Positions 37,141 through 45,032 of a stretch of DNA of 45,032 nucleotides are shown one piece after another. Under the pieces are notes generated by a model. It was given only the letters and a program-made list of their open reading frames with translations, was not told where the DNA came from and did not search any database. The translations under genes were made by a program, and so were the position numbers. Source of the stretch: Bacteroidaceae bacterium. GTDB taxonomy: Bacteria; Bacteroidota; Bacteroidia; Bacteroidales; Bacteroidaceae. The stretch is taken from NCBI GenBank assembly GCA_045644005.1, contig JAZRGF010000119.1:1-45032 (forward strand), read 5' to 3'. Positions within the stretch are counted from its first letter, which is position 1. The number at the start of each line of letters is the position of its first letter.

Positions 37141-39975
37141 TTATTCTTCATTCTCTACATCGTCGCCATAGTCGGGCTCGTCGAGCGTGTAGCCGTCGAT
37201 TTCAACCTCCGGTATGGCAAGGAAGTTCTTTTCGTAGAACTCGGTGTAGTCGTCAAAAGTATAGTACTGTAATAACAAATCGAGATTGCTCTTTGATATT
37301 ACAAATGTGTTTATTCCCTCGAGCAGCTTTGCTGTACCGGCGTTGCTGAACAGGCGCTTGCGGTACAGGAAGGCCTCGTCGAAATTGAGGAACTCCTTAA
37401 CCTCGAGCAGTGTCACCTCGGCCAGCTTCTCGAACGTCATGTCAAAGCTCCTCACCATGTAGCGCGAGAAGTTGTAGCGTGCCATCTCAAAGAGCAGTCT
37501 CTTCTCATCGAGTGAGCCGTTGGGGAACGCCAGGACAAAGTAGTAGGGCTCGTTCCTTGCCGTGCCGAACTGCGGTATGCTGTCCTCGCCGTGGCGTATG
37601 GTGCCGTCGGCTTTGCGGTCCCAGATGGATGTCGATATGCCGCTGTGCAACAGCCTGCCCTCCTTGATGCCGGTGCTTATCTCGGCCGCCATCTGGCTTA
37701 TGCTGTCGGCCGAGTAGGTGCTTGTCAACAGCTCAAGTGTCTCAAGTGCCTCTTCCTGGCGTCCGCTGTAGAGCTTTGCCATTGCGTCAATGAACATGAA
37801 ACGTGCGCGGTGGTTGCCCTGCGGGTATTTCTCGGCACTGTAGAGGTTGCCTGCGATGACAGAGTCATACTCCTCGTTGGTGTAGTGGGTGTATGCCTTT
37901 ACGTATATCGAATCCTCCTTGTGGCGGCGTGTTGCTGCGTTCTCAAAGAAATCGGGCTCTTGTATGCGCTTGGTCATTGTGCTGTCGGGGTATCCGGCAA
38001 TGAGCAGGTTCTTGTAGAAGGCCGCCTTTTCGGGCTCGTCCCAGCGCGAGCAGGCAAGGAACAGCTGGTAGTATGTGTCGGCAAGCCTCTCGAATTCGGG
38101 ATAGTCATTTACAACGCGCTCAAGGTATGAGAGTGTGAGGCGCTTGTCGCTGACATCGTCCTTAAACCTTACGCCAGCCTCAAAGAGTGCGTCGCTCAGG
38201 GCCTTGTGGGCCGCGGCTTTTTTCTCCTCAGTCTCGGGAATCTGTTGTATGTAGTATTCGCGTGTCGTGGGGTCGGTCGACAGCTCTGCCACCTCGGTCT
38301 CAGGCTCTGCTTCATCGGCTACCAGTGTGCTGTCGCTCAAGGTGGGTTCCCCGTCAATGCCAAGGCTGTCGGTGAGGGTGCTGTCCATGGCAACCCCGTC
38401 GCTCATGAGTGACGATATGGTGTTGCTGAAACGCCAATAGTCCTTCAGTTCCCTGTCGCCCCACTTCTCCTTGAAGGAACGTATGCCCTGTGCCACAATC
38501 TGTGGGTTGTAGAAATACCACAGTTGCTTGTCGCTCTGGTTGTCGACGGTCATTGCGGCATTGTTGCCGGCCTGGTCGAGCTCGCTGCCGCCACCGTTCT
38601 CGCGTTCAAGCTTCTTCTCTTCCTTCTTCTTCAGCTCCTCCAGTCGCTTGGCCTCCTCAATGAGGCTGTCGAGTATCGGGTTCAGCTCCTCGGGGGGGAG
38701 GGTTGCCCAATGGAGCAGCTCGTCCTGCTTCTCCACAATGTCTGTGTATTGCACAAGTCCGGCAAGCGCTTCGCTGCGGAATTTTATCTCGTCGTAGTGC
38801 TTGTTTTCCTCGCCCAACATAGACAATGCCTTGCTGTAGTTGTCGTGGGCTTTTGAGAATTTCTCCCTCTTCCAATACAGCTTTGCAAGTGACAGATGGA
38901 GCATGCCGGTGCCATAACCGCTTGTGGCTCCCAGTGCAACACCTGTCTCATATGCCTTTATGGCCTCGGTGGTGTCCTGCATGCTCAGGTGGATGTTGCC
39001 TATGGCGTAGTATATCTGTGCCTGATAGTCGGTATTCTTGTCCGATCTTGCCATGCGTTTGAGTTTTCGCAAGGTCTTCTTGTGGTTCTCGTTTGTTGCC
39101 GTCTCGGTCTGGCGTATGCGGGCATTGAACTCGAACTCATAGGGTGGGCTCAGGGCAATTGTCCTTCCAAAGCTCTTGTAGGCCTCGGCATTATTGCCGG
39201 CTTCGGCATACAGCTGTCCCAGGAGGTAGTGCTCGCGTGCCTTGTCGAGCGGTGTCTGCCCCTTGCGCTTCAATCCTGCCTTTATGTGGGGAATGGCCTC
39301 CTCGCTACGCTGTTGCTTTAGCAGCAGGTTGGCCTTGGCTACGGCATACTCCTTGTGTAGGGTCTCGGGCACGGTGTCGCGCTGCACTCGCTGCAGCCAC
39401 TCCGCGGCTCCGTATAGTCACTCAAGTTCGGCGTAACATTTTGCCAGGCCAATGGGTGCCTGCGCAACAATGGCAGGGTTATTCTCGTAGAGCCTGGATA
39501 TGTATATGAATGTGCTGGCGGCCTCGGTGAACTCGCCCTTCTGGAACTGTGAATTTGCCATCAGGAACCACGCTTTCCACAGGAAGGGGTTGAACTCCTT
39601 TTGCGAGTAGAAGAGTTTCTTCTTCTGCGACAGTTTCTTGCCTGTAGGCTTCTTGGGGCGTCTCTTTATCGAGTGGTTCTTTATTGCCTTCTGCGATTTC
39701 TCAATGGCCCTGTCATAGTTGGCAGCACCGCTCTTCTGTGTGTTCTTGTCGCTGATGATGAGCAACGGCAGCTGCTCGAGGTAGTTGTCCTTGTGCCCGG
39801 TCTTCTGCGCCTTCAATGCCTGGTTGTATGCCACGTTGCCGTTGTAGTACGTGTTGTAACGGGCAGTAAAGGCGTGGTACATACGCGTAGAGGCGTTGTT
39901 CACCTTTCTGCCGGCGCATCCGCAAAGGCTGGCGATTATGAGTGCCGATATTATGTAGGGTGTAATTCTGCGCAC
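37141..39975 (-). pseudogene. porW: PorW/SprE-type T9SS TPR lipoprotein interrupted by one in-frame TGA (39418-39420)
   Basis: ORFs 39418..39975 (lipobox IIASLCGC; RMYHAFTARYNTYYNGNVAY, typical of SprE/PorW) and 37141..39387 are in the same frame. They read ...AKCYAELE-TGA-LYGAAEWLQRVQRD... with no other stop. Joined length is about 944 aa with TPR-like repeats. Confidence 0.75.
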
Positions 39976-39993
39976 GATTCAGCTCTCTTGGTC

Positions 39994-40374
39994 TTATTGC
40001 AACATCAGTAGGATCTCTTCCCTTATTTCGGTTGGCAGCTCAATGCCGCGTGTCTCAATGCAGTGAGCCCAGTTCTCTACCTCCTCCTCGCGCATGGTGT
40101 AGAGCACTTGGCGGAACTCCTCAATGTCGGTCTCGCTGTACTCCTCGGGCTTCTTTCCCTTGAAACGGTCCAGCTCTTCATCGTCAAAATAGAGGTTTGC
40201 CGTGTCATACCCCTTCTCGCAGTTGCTGTGCTTGCCACAGCATACACCGTTCTCGCCATCGTGGTGGTCATGGTTCTCTGCTACGGGAGCCCCGTTGCCG
40301 TAAATTCTGCGCAGTGCGTACATGCCGCCTGCAAGCACTGCGAATATAATTGCTACTATAATTGTTCCGGACAT
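39994..40374 (-). CDS. hypothetical membrane-anchored protein with a His/Cys-rich linker
   Basis: 126 aa. N-terminal helix IIVAIIFAVLAGGMYAL, then ENHDHHDGENGVCCGKHSNCEKG, then an acidic C-terminal domain. Lies 18 nt upstream of porW on the same strand. Confidence 0.5.
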   Translation of the reverse strand: MSGTIIVAIIFAVLAGGMYALRRIYGNGAPVAENHDHHDGENGVCCGKHSNCEKGYDTANLYFDDEELDRFKGKKPEEYSETDIEEFRQVLYTMREEEVENWAHCIETRGIELPTEIREEILLMLQ

Positions 40375-40426
40375 CTCTTTATGTTTGTTTTAAAACTACG
40401 TTTTAGTGCCGTTTGCACCATTGTTA

Positions 40427-40434
40427 CAAAGTTA
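40427..40434 (-). promoter_or_regulatory. Bacteroidota -7 promoter box for the minus-strand operon
   Basis: TAACTTTG on the minus strand, about 53 nt upstream of the ATG at 40374. Confidence 0.35.
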
Positions 40435-40607
40435 TTGAAATAAATTGAGGTTTTATAATTATGGCAAGATATTTTTATAACAATTAACGTGGGGCTGTGT
40501 GTGGCAACCTGTTTGAGGTTCTTTTTTCTTCTTTGACAAAATGTAAAACAGCCTTTTTTGCGTCTGGATTGAAAAAATATTGTTTTTGAATAAAAAAAAG
40601 TGCCTTT

Positions 40608-40615
40608 TATGTTTG
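40608..40615 (+). promoter_or_regulatory. Bacteroidota -7 promoter box
   Basis: TATGTTTG about 108 nt upstream of the ATG at 40723. Confidence 0.35.
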
Positions 40616-40722
40616 CGGTACGAATATTAATTGTATCTTCGCCCGGCTCAACATTGCAAAGTGTATAAAAAGGCAATGTGGCAAAATGACAGAAAATCAT
40701 ATAATAATATAAAATTAAGAAA

Positions 40723-41307
40723 ATGGACAAATTCAGCTACGGCCTTGGTATGGGTATAGGCCAGAATCTACTTTCAATGGGTGTCAATAATATGAACATC
40801 GAGGACTTTGTGAAGGCTCTCAAGGATGTGCTCAGTGGTGCAAAGACCGAGATGTCGCACTCCGAGGCACAGCAGGTTGTGAACGAGCACTTCCGCAAGC
40901 TGGCCGAGGCTGCTTATGAGCAGAACAAGGCAAGCAGCGAGGCTTTCCTTGCCGAGAATGCAAAGAAGGAGGGCGTTACCGTGTTGCCAAGCGGTTTACA
41001 GTACGAGGTGATTGCTGCCGGTAGCGGCAAGAAACCATCGGCTACCGACCGTGTGCAGTGTCACTACGAGGGTACACTCATTGACGGTACTGTCTTCGAC
41101 AGCTCAATCAAGCGTGGCGAGCCGGCAGTGTTTGGCGTCAACCAGGTTATCAAGGGCTGGGTAGAGGCGCTCCAGTTGATGCAGGAGGGTGCCAAATGGC
41201 GTCTTTACATTCCTTATGATATGGCATACGGCGAGCACGGTGCGGGTGAGATGATCCCACCATACAGTGCTCTTGTATTTGATGTTGAGCTTATCAAGGT
41301 TCTCTAA
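40723..41307 (+). CDS. FKBP-type peptidyl-prolyl cis-trans isomerase (Mip/FkpA-like; no obvious signal peptide)
   Basis: 194 aa. GLQYEVIAAGSGKKPSATDRVQCHYEGTLIDGTVFDSS...VIKGWVEALQLMQEGAKWRLYIPYDMAYG...PPYSALVFDVELI. Confidence 0.9.
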   Translation: MDKFSYGLGMGIGQNLLSMGVNNMNIEDFVKALKDVLSGAKTEMSHSEAQQVVNEHFRKLAEAAYEQNKASSEAFLAENAKKEGVTVLPSGLQYEVIAAGSGKKPSATDRVQCHYEGTLIDGTVFDSSIKRGEPAVFGVNQVIKGWVEALQLMQEGAKWRLYIPYDMAYGEHGAGEMIPPYSALVFDVELIKVL

Positions 41308-41316
41308 ACAGTTGCG

Positions 41317-42207
41317 ATGAAAACAGGAAAAACCGCTCTTTTGGCAATTGTTGCCGCACTGGCACTCTATCTGCTTGTGGGCTTGTGCTTTGTGCCTCGT
41401 ACCAAGCCACAGGACGCTGCCGAGTACACAAGTACGAATAGTGGCGCTGCTGTCGGCAGCAGAATGCAACTTGCCAATGAACAGGACTCCATGGCATATG
41501 CCGTGAGTATGATGGTTGCCGGTGATATGCCCTTTGCAATGGAGGAAATGGGGATAACACCTGAGACACTTGATGACTTTGTCAAGGGACTGTGCGATGC
41601 CTTCCCTGCCGATGAATCCCCTGCAGCCGTAGCCTATGCACACGGCGTTGTGGTTGGAGCATCGGCTATGGAAATGCTTGACGAGGCAAACAAGGTCATT
41701 TACCAGGGTGACAGCACCCGTCGTGTCGATGCGCGCATTTTCCTTGAAGGCCTGAAGGCTATTGCCTATGGCGATGTTTCCACAATGAGTGTTGGGCAGG
41801 CCAGTGACTACTACTATAGCCATGTATTCCGCCAACCTAGCGAGGAGTTCATGAAAAAGAACAGCACGCGCGGTGGTGTGGAGACACTCCCCGGTGGCGT
41901 ACAGGTGAAGATTGAAAGCGCCGGAACCGGCGAAGTGCCTGCACCCAAGGACAAGGTGGGCTACATATACAAGGCGTCATTCATCAACGGCAAGGTTGCC
42001 GAGAGCTCGCGTGGCGAGGTCGTGGAGGAGGTGGTGGCAGCCATGATTCCCGGTCTCTACGATGCATTCACCCGCCTCCCCGTGGGTACAAAATGCAAAC
42101 TATATCTCCCATGGCAAAAGGCATATGGTGCAATGGGAAGCAACAGGGTTCCGCCATACAGCGCACTGGTCTATGATGTTGAGATAGTGAGAATCATCAA
42201 GAGGTAA
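41317..42207 (+). CDS. membrane-anchored or secreted FKBP-type peptidyl-prolyl isomerase
   Basis: 296 aa. N-terminal hydrophobic anchor ALLAIVAALALYLLVGLCFV. C-terminal FKBP domain: GVQVKIESAGTG...IPGLYDAFTRLPVGTKCKLYLPWQKAYG...PPYSALVYDVEIV. Confidence 0.8.
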   Translation: MKTGKTALLAIVAALALYLLVGLCFVPRTKPQDAAEYTSTNSGAAVGSRMQLANEQDSMAYAVSMMVAGDMPFAMEEMGITPETLDDFVKGLCDAFPADESPAAVAYAHGVVVGASAMEMLDEANKVIYQGDSTRRVDARIFLEGLKAIAYGDVSTMSVGQASDYYYSHVFRQPSEEFMKKNSTRGGVETLPGGVQVKIESAGTGEVPAPKDKVGYIYKASFINGKVAESSRGEVVEEVVAAMIPGLYDAFTRLPVGTKCKLYLPWQKAYGAMGSNRVPPYSALVYDVEIVRIIKR

Positions 42208-42257
42208 AACCGTAATTCCAAAGAAATTCAAATAACAACTTATAACTGATCATTAGT

Positions 42258-42725
42258 ATGAAAAACATGGAATGCAAGGTCGATGCGCTCGACCTCAAAA
42301 TATTGAGCATCATTTCAAAGGATGCCAGAATTCCTTTCCGTAATGTTGCCGAATTGTGCGGAGTATCGCGTGCCGCAATCCACCTGCGTGTGCAGCATCT
42401 TGTGGATATGGGTGTAATTTCAGGCTCAAGTTACGAGATTGACGTGCGCCGTCTGGGTTACAATACATGTACATACATCGGTATACGTCTTGAGCGCGGT
42501 TCAATGTACAAGGAAGTGGTGGAGCGTCTGCGCGAGATTCCCGAGGTGGTGGAGTGCTGTTATACTACAGGTCCATACTCAATCCTTGTCAAGATGTATT
42601 CACATGACAATGAACACCTCATGCAGTTGCTCAACGGCCGTGTGCAGGAAATACCAGGCGTTGTGAGCACCGAAACTATGATTGTGCTTGCCCACAGCAT
42701 CAAGCGCAACATGCCAATGGAATAA
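42258..42725 (+). CDS. Lrp/AsnC-family transcriptional regulator
   Basis: 155 aa. HTH: LDLKILSIISKDARIPFRNVAELCGVSRAAIHLRVQHLVDMGVI. The C-terminal RAM/ACT-like domain follows. Confidence 0.9.
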   Translation: MKNMECKVDALDLKILSIISKDARIPFRNVAELCGVSRAAIHLRVQHLVDMGVISGSSYEIDVRRLGYNTCTYIGIRLERGSMYKEVVERLREIPEVVECCYTTGPYSILVKMYSHDNEHLMQLLNGRVQEIPGVVSTETMIVLAHSIKRNMPME

Positions 42726-42749
42726 TAGAAAGGTTTTTATATAGAACTG

Positions 42750-42787
42750 ACACCCGTGTTTTTTTATTAAGTGCGGGTGTTTTTTTA
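42750..42787 (+). terminator. rho-independent terminator
   Basis: ACACCCG...CGGGTGT followed by T7; a T-run also sits in the loop. Confidence 0.5.
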
Positions 42788-42800
42788 TTTTAAGGATATT

Positions 42801-44561
42801 ATGTCTGAAGATAGATTTGATGTCTGTGGCGAATTCCGTGCCTTGCATGGCCACTATCCGCTTTTTAGCCGTCGTCCGGTAATAGGTATCACAGCCAATT
42901 TCTCCAAAGGCAAGGTTATGCTTCTCGAGGCTTATTACCGCTCGGTGCTTGCGGCCGGTGGCGTTCCGTTGCTCATTCCGCCATACCCCGAGCGTGAGGC
43001 GTTGATAGAGACGCTCTCGCACATCGATGCGCTGCTGCCCACCGGCGGTGCCGATATCGACCCGCGTTACATGGGCGAGGAACCCGATTACTCGCTTTTG
43101 CACAACATAAACCAACCCCGTGACGAACAGGAACTGCTGTTGGCACAACTGGCCGATGCACGCTCGTTGCCAATTTTGGGAATATGCCGTGGCGTGCAGA
43201 CCATCGCAGCCGCGCTGGGAGGCTCGGTGCATCAGGATATATATGCAGCCTTGGGCACGCAGCTGTTAAATCATGACCAAGATCCTGTGGAGCGCCACGT
43301 GGCAACACATGATGTGTCTATTGTAGCCGGTAGCAGGCTGTCTGGTATTTTTGGTAAGGAGCAACTTGCGGTGAATACCTTCCATCATCAGGCTGTCAGC
43401 CGTGTGCCGGTGGGCTTTGAGGTTGTTGCCACATCTCCCGATGGTGTCATTGAGGGCATCGAGGCCACTGATGGCCGCAGTATAATTGGCGTGCAGTGGC
43501 ATCCCGAATCCTTTATCATGAACGGCGATGACAGCATGATGCCCCTCTTCCGTTGGCTCGTGGATGAGGCTGCGCTCTACCGCCATGTTACCGAACTGCA
43601 TGAACGCATGCTTACCATAGATTCGCATTGCGATACTCCTATGCTCTCCCATACAGGATACCGTTTTGACAGACGCGACGATGTGGCGCTTGTCGACCTA
43701 CATAAGATGACCGAGGGCCTGCTCGATGCCACTACAATGGTGGCATATATCCCGCAGGGGGCACGTGATGACGAGTCGTTGAAACAGGCAACCGAAAAGG
43801 CCGATGCCCTGCTTTCTTGGGTGGAGGCCGGTGTTGCCGACAACGCGGCGCATATGGCGCTGTGCTGTACTCCCGATGAACTTTACAGGGCAAAAGCACA
43901 GGGCAAACGCACCATTATGCTCGGCGTTGAAAACGGATATGCCATAGGGCGCGACTTGTCGAACATAGAGCGCCTGCGCAAGAGGGGAGTGGTGTATATG
44001 ACACTTTGCCACAATGGCGACAATGATATCTGCGACTCGGCACGCGGTAACGCCGAACATGGCGGCCTCAGCGCATTCGGGCGCGAGGTGGTGCGCGAAA
44101 TGAACCGTGTGGGAATGATGGTCGACCTCTCCCATGCCGCCGAAAGCACCTTCTGGCAAGTACTTGGGCGCAGCCAAAAGCCTGTTGTCTGTTCACACTC
44201 ATCCTGCCGTGCGCTTTGCGACCACCCGCGTAACCTCACCGATGAACAGATGCGCGCATTGGCCGCAAAGGGCGGCGTGGTTCAGGTGACAATGTATAGC
44301 GGCTTCCTGCGCAAGGAGGGCGAGGCTACGCTCGACGATTTCATTGCCCATCTGCAGCACGCAATAGAGGTTGCAGGCATTGACCACGTGGGCATTGGGA
44401 CCGACTTTGACGGCGACGGCAAGGTCATCGGCTGCTCCTCGGCATCGCAGTTGCGCAACATAACACGCGAACTCCTTCGCCGCGGCTTCAGCGCTGCCGA
44501 CATTGAGAAAATCTGGGGCGGCAACTGGCTGCGTGTAATGCGCCAGGTGCAGCAGGTGTAA
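42801..44561 (+). CDS. fusion protein: peptidase C26 (gamma-glutamyl hydrolase / class-I amidotransferase-like) plus peptidase M19 (membrane/renal-type dipeptidase)
   Basis: Start at MSEDRF (ATG at 42801). N-terminal half: PILGICRGVQ (nucleophile Cys) and GVQWHPE. C-terminal half: IDSHCDTP, GVENGYAIG, MMVDLSHAAE, VCSHSS, GIGTDFDG. Confidence 0.85.
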   Translation: MSEDRFDVCGEFRALHGHYPLFSRRPVIGITANFSKGKVMLLEAYYRSVLAAGGVPLLIPPYPEREALIETLSHIDALLPTGGADIDPRYMGEEPDYSLLHNINQPRDEQELLLAQLADARSLPILGICRGVQTIAAALGGSVHQDIYAALGTQLLNHDQDPVERHVATHDVSIVAGSRLSGIFGKEQLAVNTFHHQAVSRVPVGFEVVATSPDGVIEGIEATDGRSIIGVQWHPESFIMNGDDSMMPLFRWLVDEAALYRHVTELHERMLTIDSHCDTPMLSHTGYRFDRRDDVALVDLHKMTEGLLDATTMVAYIPQGARDDESLKQATEKADALLSWVEAGVADNAAHMALCCTPDELYRAKAQGKRTIMLGVENGYAIGRDLSNIERLRKRGVVYMTLCHNGDNDICDSARGNAEHGGLSAFGREVVREMNRVGMMVDLSHAAESTFWQVLGRSQKPVVCSHSSCRALCDHPRNLTDEQMRALAAKGGVVQVTMYSGFLRKEGEATLDDFIAHLQHAIEVAGIDHVGIGTDFDGDGKVIGCSSASQLRNITRELLRRGFSAADIEKIWGGNWLRVMRQVQQV

Positions 44562-44614
44562 ATGGGAATAACCTAATGTATAAACCTTGTGTGAGGAGTT
44601 TATAAGGTTATTTG

Positions 44615-44642
44615 AGATATCTCACATGCGTTCGATATGACA
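44615..44642 (+). repeat. single copy of the AGATNTCTC-N8-TCGANATGACA repeat family
   Basis: AGATATCTC-ACATGCGT-TCGATATGACA. It matches the minus-strand reading of 37037-37064 (AGATTTCTC-ACATTTGT-TCGAAATGACA) at 24 of 28 positions. Confidence 0.6.
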
Positions 44643-44646
44643 TATA

Positions 44647-44681
44647 CGACAATAGGCAGCCCGACGGGCTGCCTATTGTCG
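44647..44681. terminator. bidirectional hairpin terminator
   Basis: Perfect 16-bp stem CGACAATAGGCAGCCC-GAC-GGGCTGCCTATTGTCG between convergent genes. Confidence 0.7.
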
Positions 44682-44701
44682 TAATATGTGGTATCGTTCT
44701 T

Positions 44702-45032
44702 TTACTTTACGATGTTCATCTCGTCGATGAGGCGTTTGCAACCGCCGAACTTGTCGATTACGAAGAGTACGTAGCGGATATCGACGTTGATACAACGCTG
44801 CAGGTTGTCGTCGAAGTTGATGTCACCGCTGAGTGACTCCCAGTTGCCGTCGAATGCAAGACCAATGAGCTCGCCGCGTGCGTTGAGTACGCCGCTACCG
44901 CTGTTTCCGCCGGTGATGTCGTTGGTTGTGAGGAATGCAACGGGCATCTCACCATTTGGCAATGCATACTGGCCGAAGTCCTTGGCCTCGTAGAGCTCTT
45001 TCAAACGTGCGGGCACCACGAACTCGCTGCTT
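44702..45032 (-). CDS. S46-family dipeptidyl-peptidase (DPP7/DPP11-like), C-terminal part; continues beyond the window
   Basis: [36 protein letters not shown] carries the catalytic-Ser motif GGNSGS typical of S46. The ORF is open at the window end. Confidence 0.85.
   Translation of the reverse strand, partial: SSEFVVPARLKELYEAKDFGQYALPNGEMPVAFLTTNDITGGNSGSGVLNARGELIGLAFDGNWESLSGDINFDDNLQRCINVDIRYVLFVIDKFGGCKRLIDEMNIVK

Noticed and set aside
4939-39420. Global stop-codon reassignment (TGA or TAG read as sense) to explain the two in-frame stops
   Set aside because: TGA clearly terminates several well-delimited genes here (aroC at 9589-9591, the 907-aa gene at 12340-12342, the PD40 gene, the first ORF at 440-442). 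The protein ends coincide with family-typical C-termini and are followed by terminators. No pattern of extended ORFs supports recoding.
39376-39420. Selenocysteine insertion at the porW TGA, given the stem-loop just downstream
   Set aside because: PorW/SprE proteins are not known selenoproteins. The predicted stem is short and imperfect, TGG is one transition away, and no Sec machinery genes are visible here. I kept it only as a remote alternative inside the porW finding.
40506-40527. Weak hairpin plus T-run (AACCT-GTTTG-AGGTT-CTTTTTT) in the 348-nt divergent intergenic region, considered as the end of a small RNA
   Set aside because: The stem is only 5 bp in very AT-rich DNA and there is no recognisable promoter in front of it. 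This is insufficient evidence.
1-45032. Scan for rRNA, tRNA, CRISPR arrays, transposases, integrases and known defence-system genes
   Set aside because: None recognised. Intergenic regions are short or are explained by promoters, terminators and the repeat family. There are no regularly spaced direct repeats resembling a CRISPR array.

Overview
This 45-kb window looks like a chromosomal segment of a Bacteroidota (Bacteroidales-like) bacterium. The evidence is two SusC/SusD pairs, the T9SS genes porX and porW, TAnnTTTG -7 promoter boxes, and long perfect-stem hairpin terminators. Layout, left to right:

- **1-800:** an AT-rich stretch with tandem paralogous modules of an unknown small-protein family. 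One is fused to its neighbour and one is frameshifted.
- **812-7667, minus strand:** a mannoside-type operon of GH5, a ROK-like kinase, a GH92 with an in-frame TAG, and a second GH92.
- **7918-9591:** slyD and aroC.
- **9619-13867:** an uncharacterised envelope pair, a 907-aa polytopic DUF6057-like membrane protein plus a CXXCH/PD40 beta-propeller lipoprotein.
- **14115-29869:** a 15.8-kb polysaccharide-utilisation-like locus (PUL) in one orientation. It has two SusC/SusD pairs and two multi-fasciclin (FAS1) lipoproteins, but no glycoside hydrolase or regulator.
- **29940-30962:** a Sir2-family deacylase and rubredoxin.
- **31031-32780:** an AT-rich 1.65-kb two-gene cassette of unknown function. 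It is bracketed by a duplicated unit made of a perfect 40-nt palindrome plus the 3' end of ygiQ.
- **32739-40374, minus strand:** an operon of a membrane protein, porW (in-frame TGA), porX, tsaE, a small ORF and ygiQ. Copies of a short repeat family sit in its intergenic gaps.
- **40723-45032:** two FKBP isomerases, an Lrp/AsnC regulator, a C26-M19 peptidase fusion, and a partial S46 peptidase at the window edge.

I found no rRNA, tRNA, CRISPR array, transposase or integrase. The strongest candidate for something undescribed is the bracketed two-gene cassette with its own operator-like palindromes. Next come the enzyme-less FAS1/SusCD locus, the DUF6057-like/CXXCH-PD40 pair and the short repeat family. 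All product calls rest on motifs I recognised by eye; no database search was possible.
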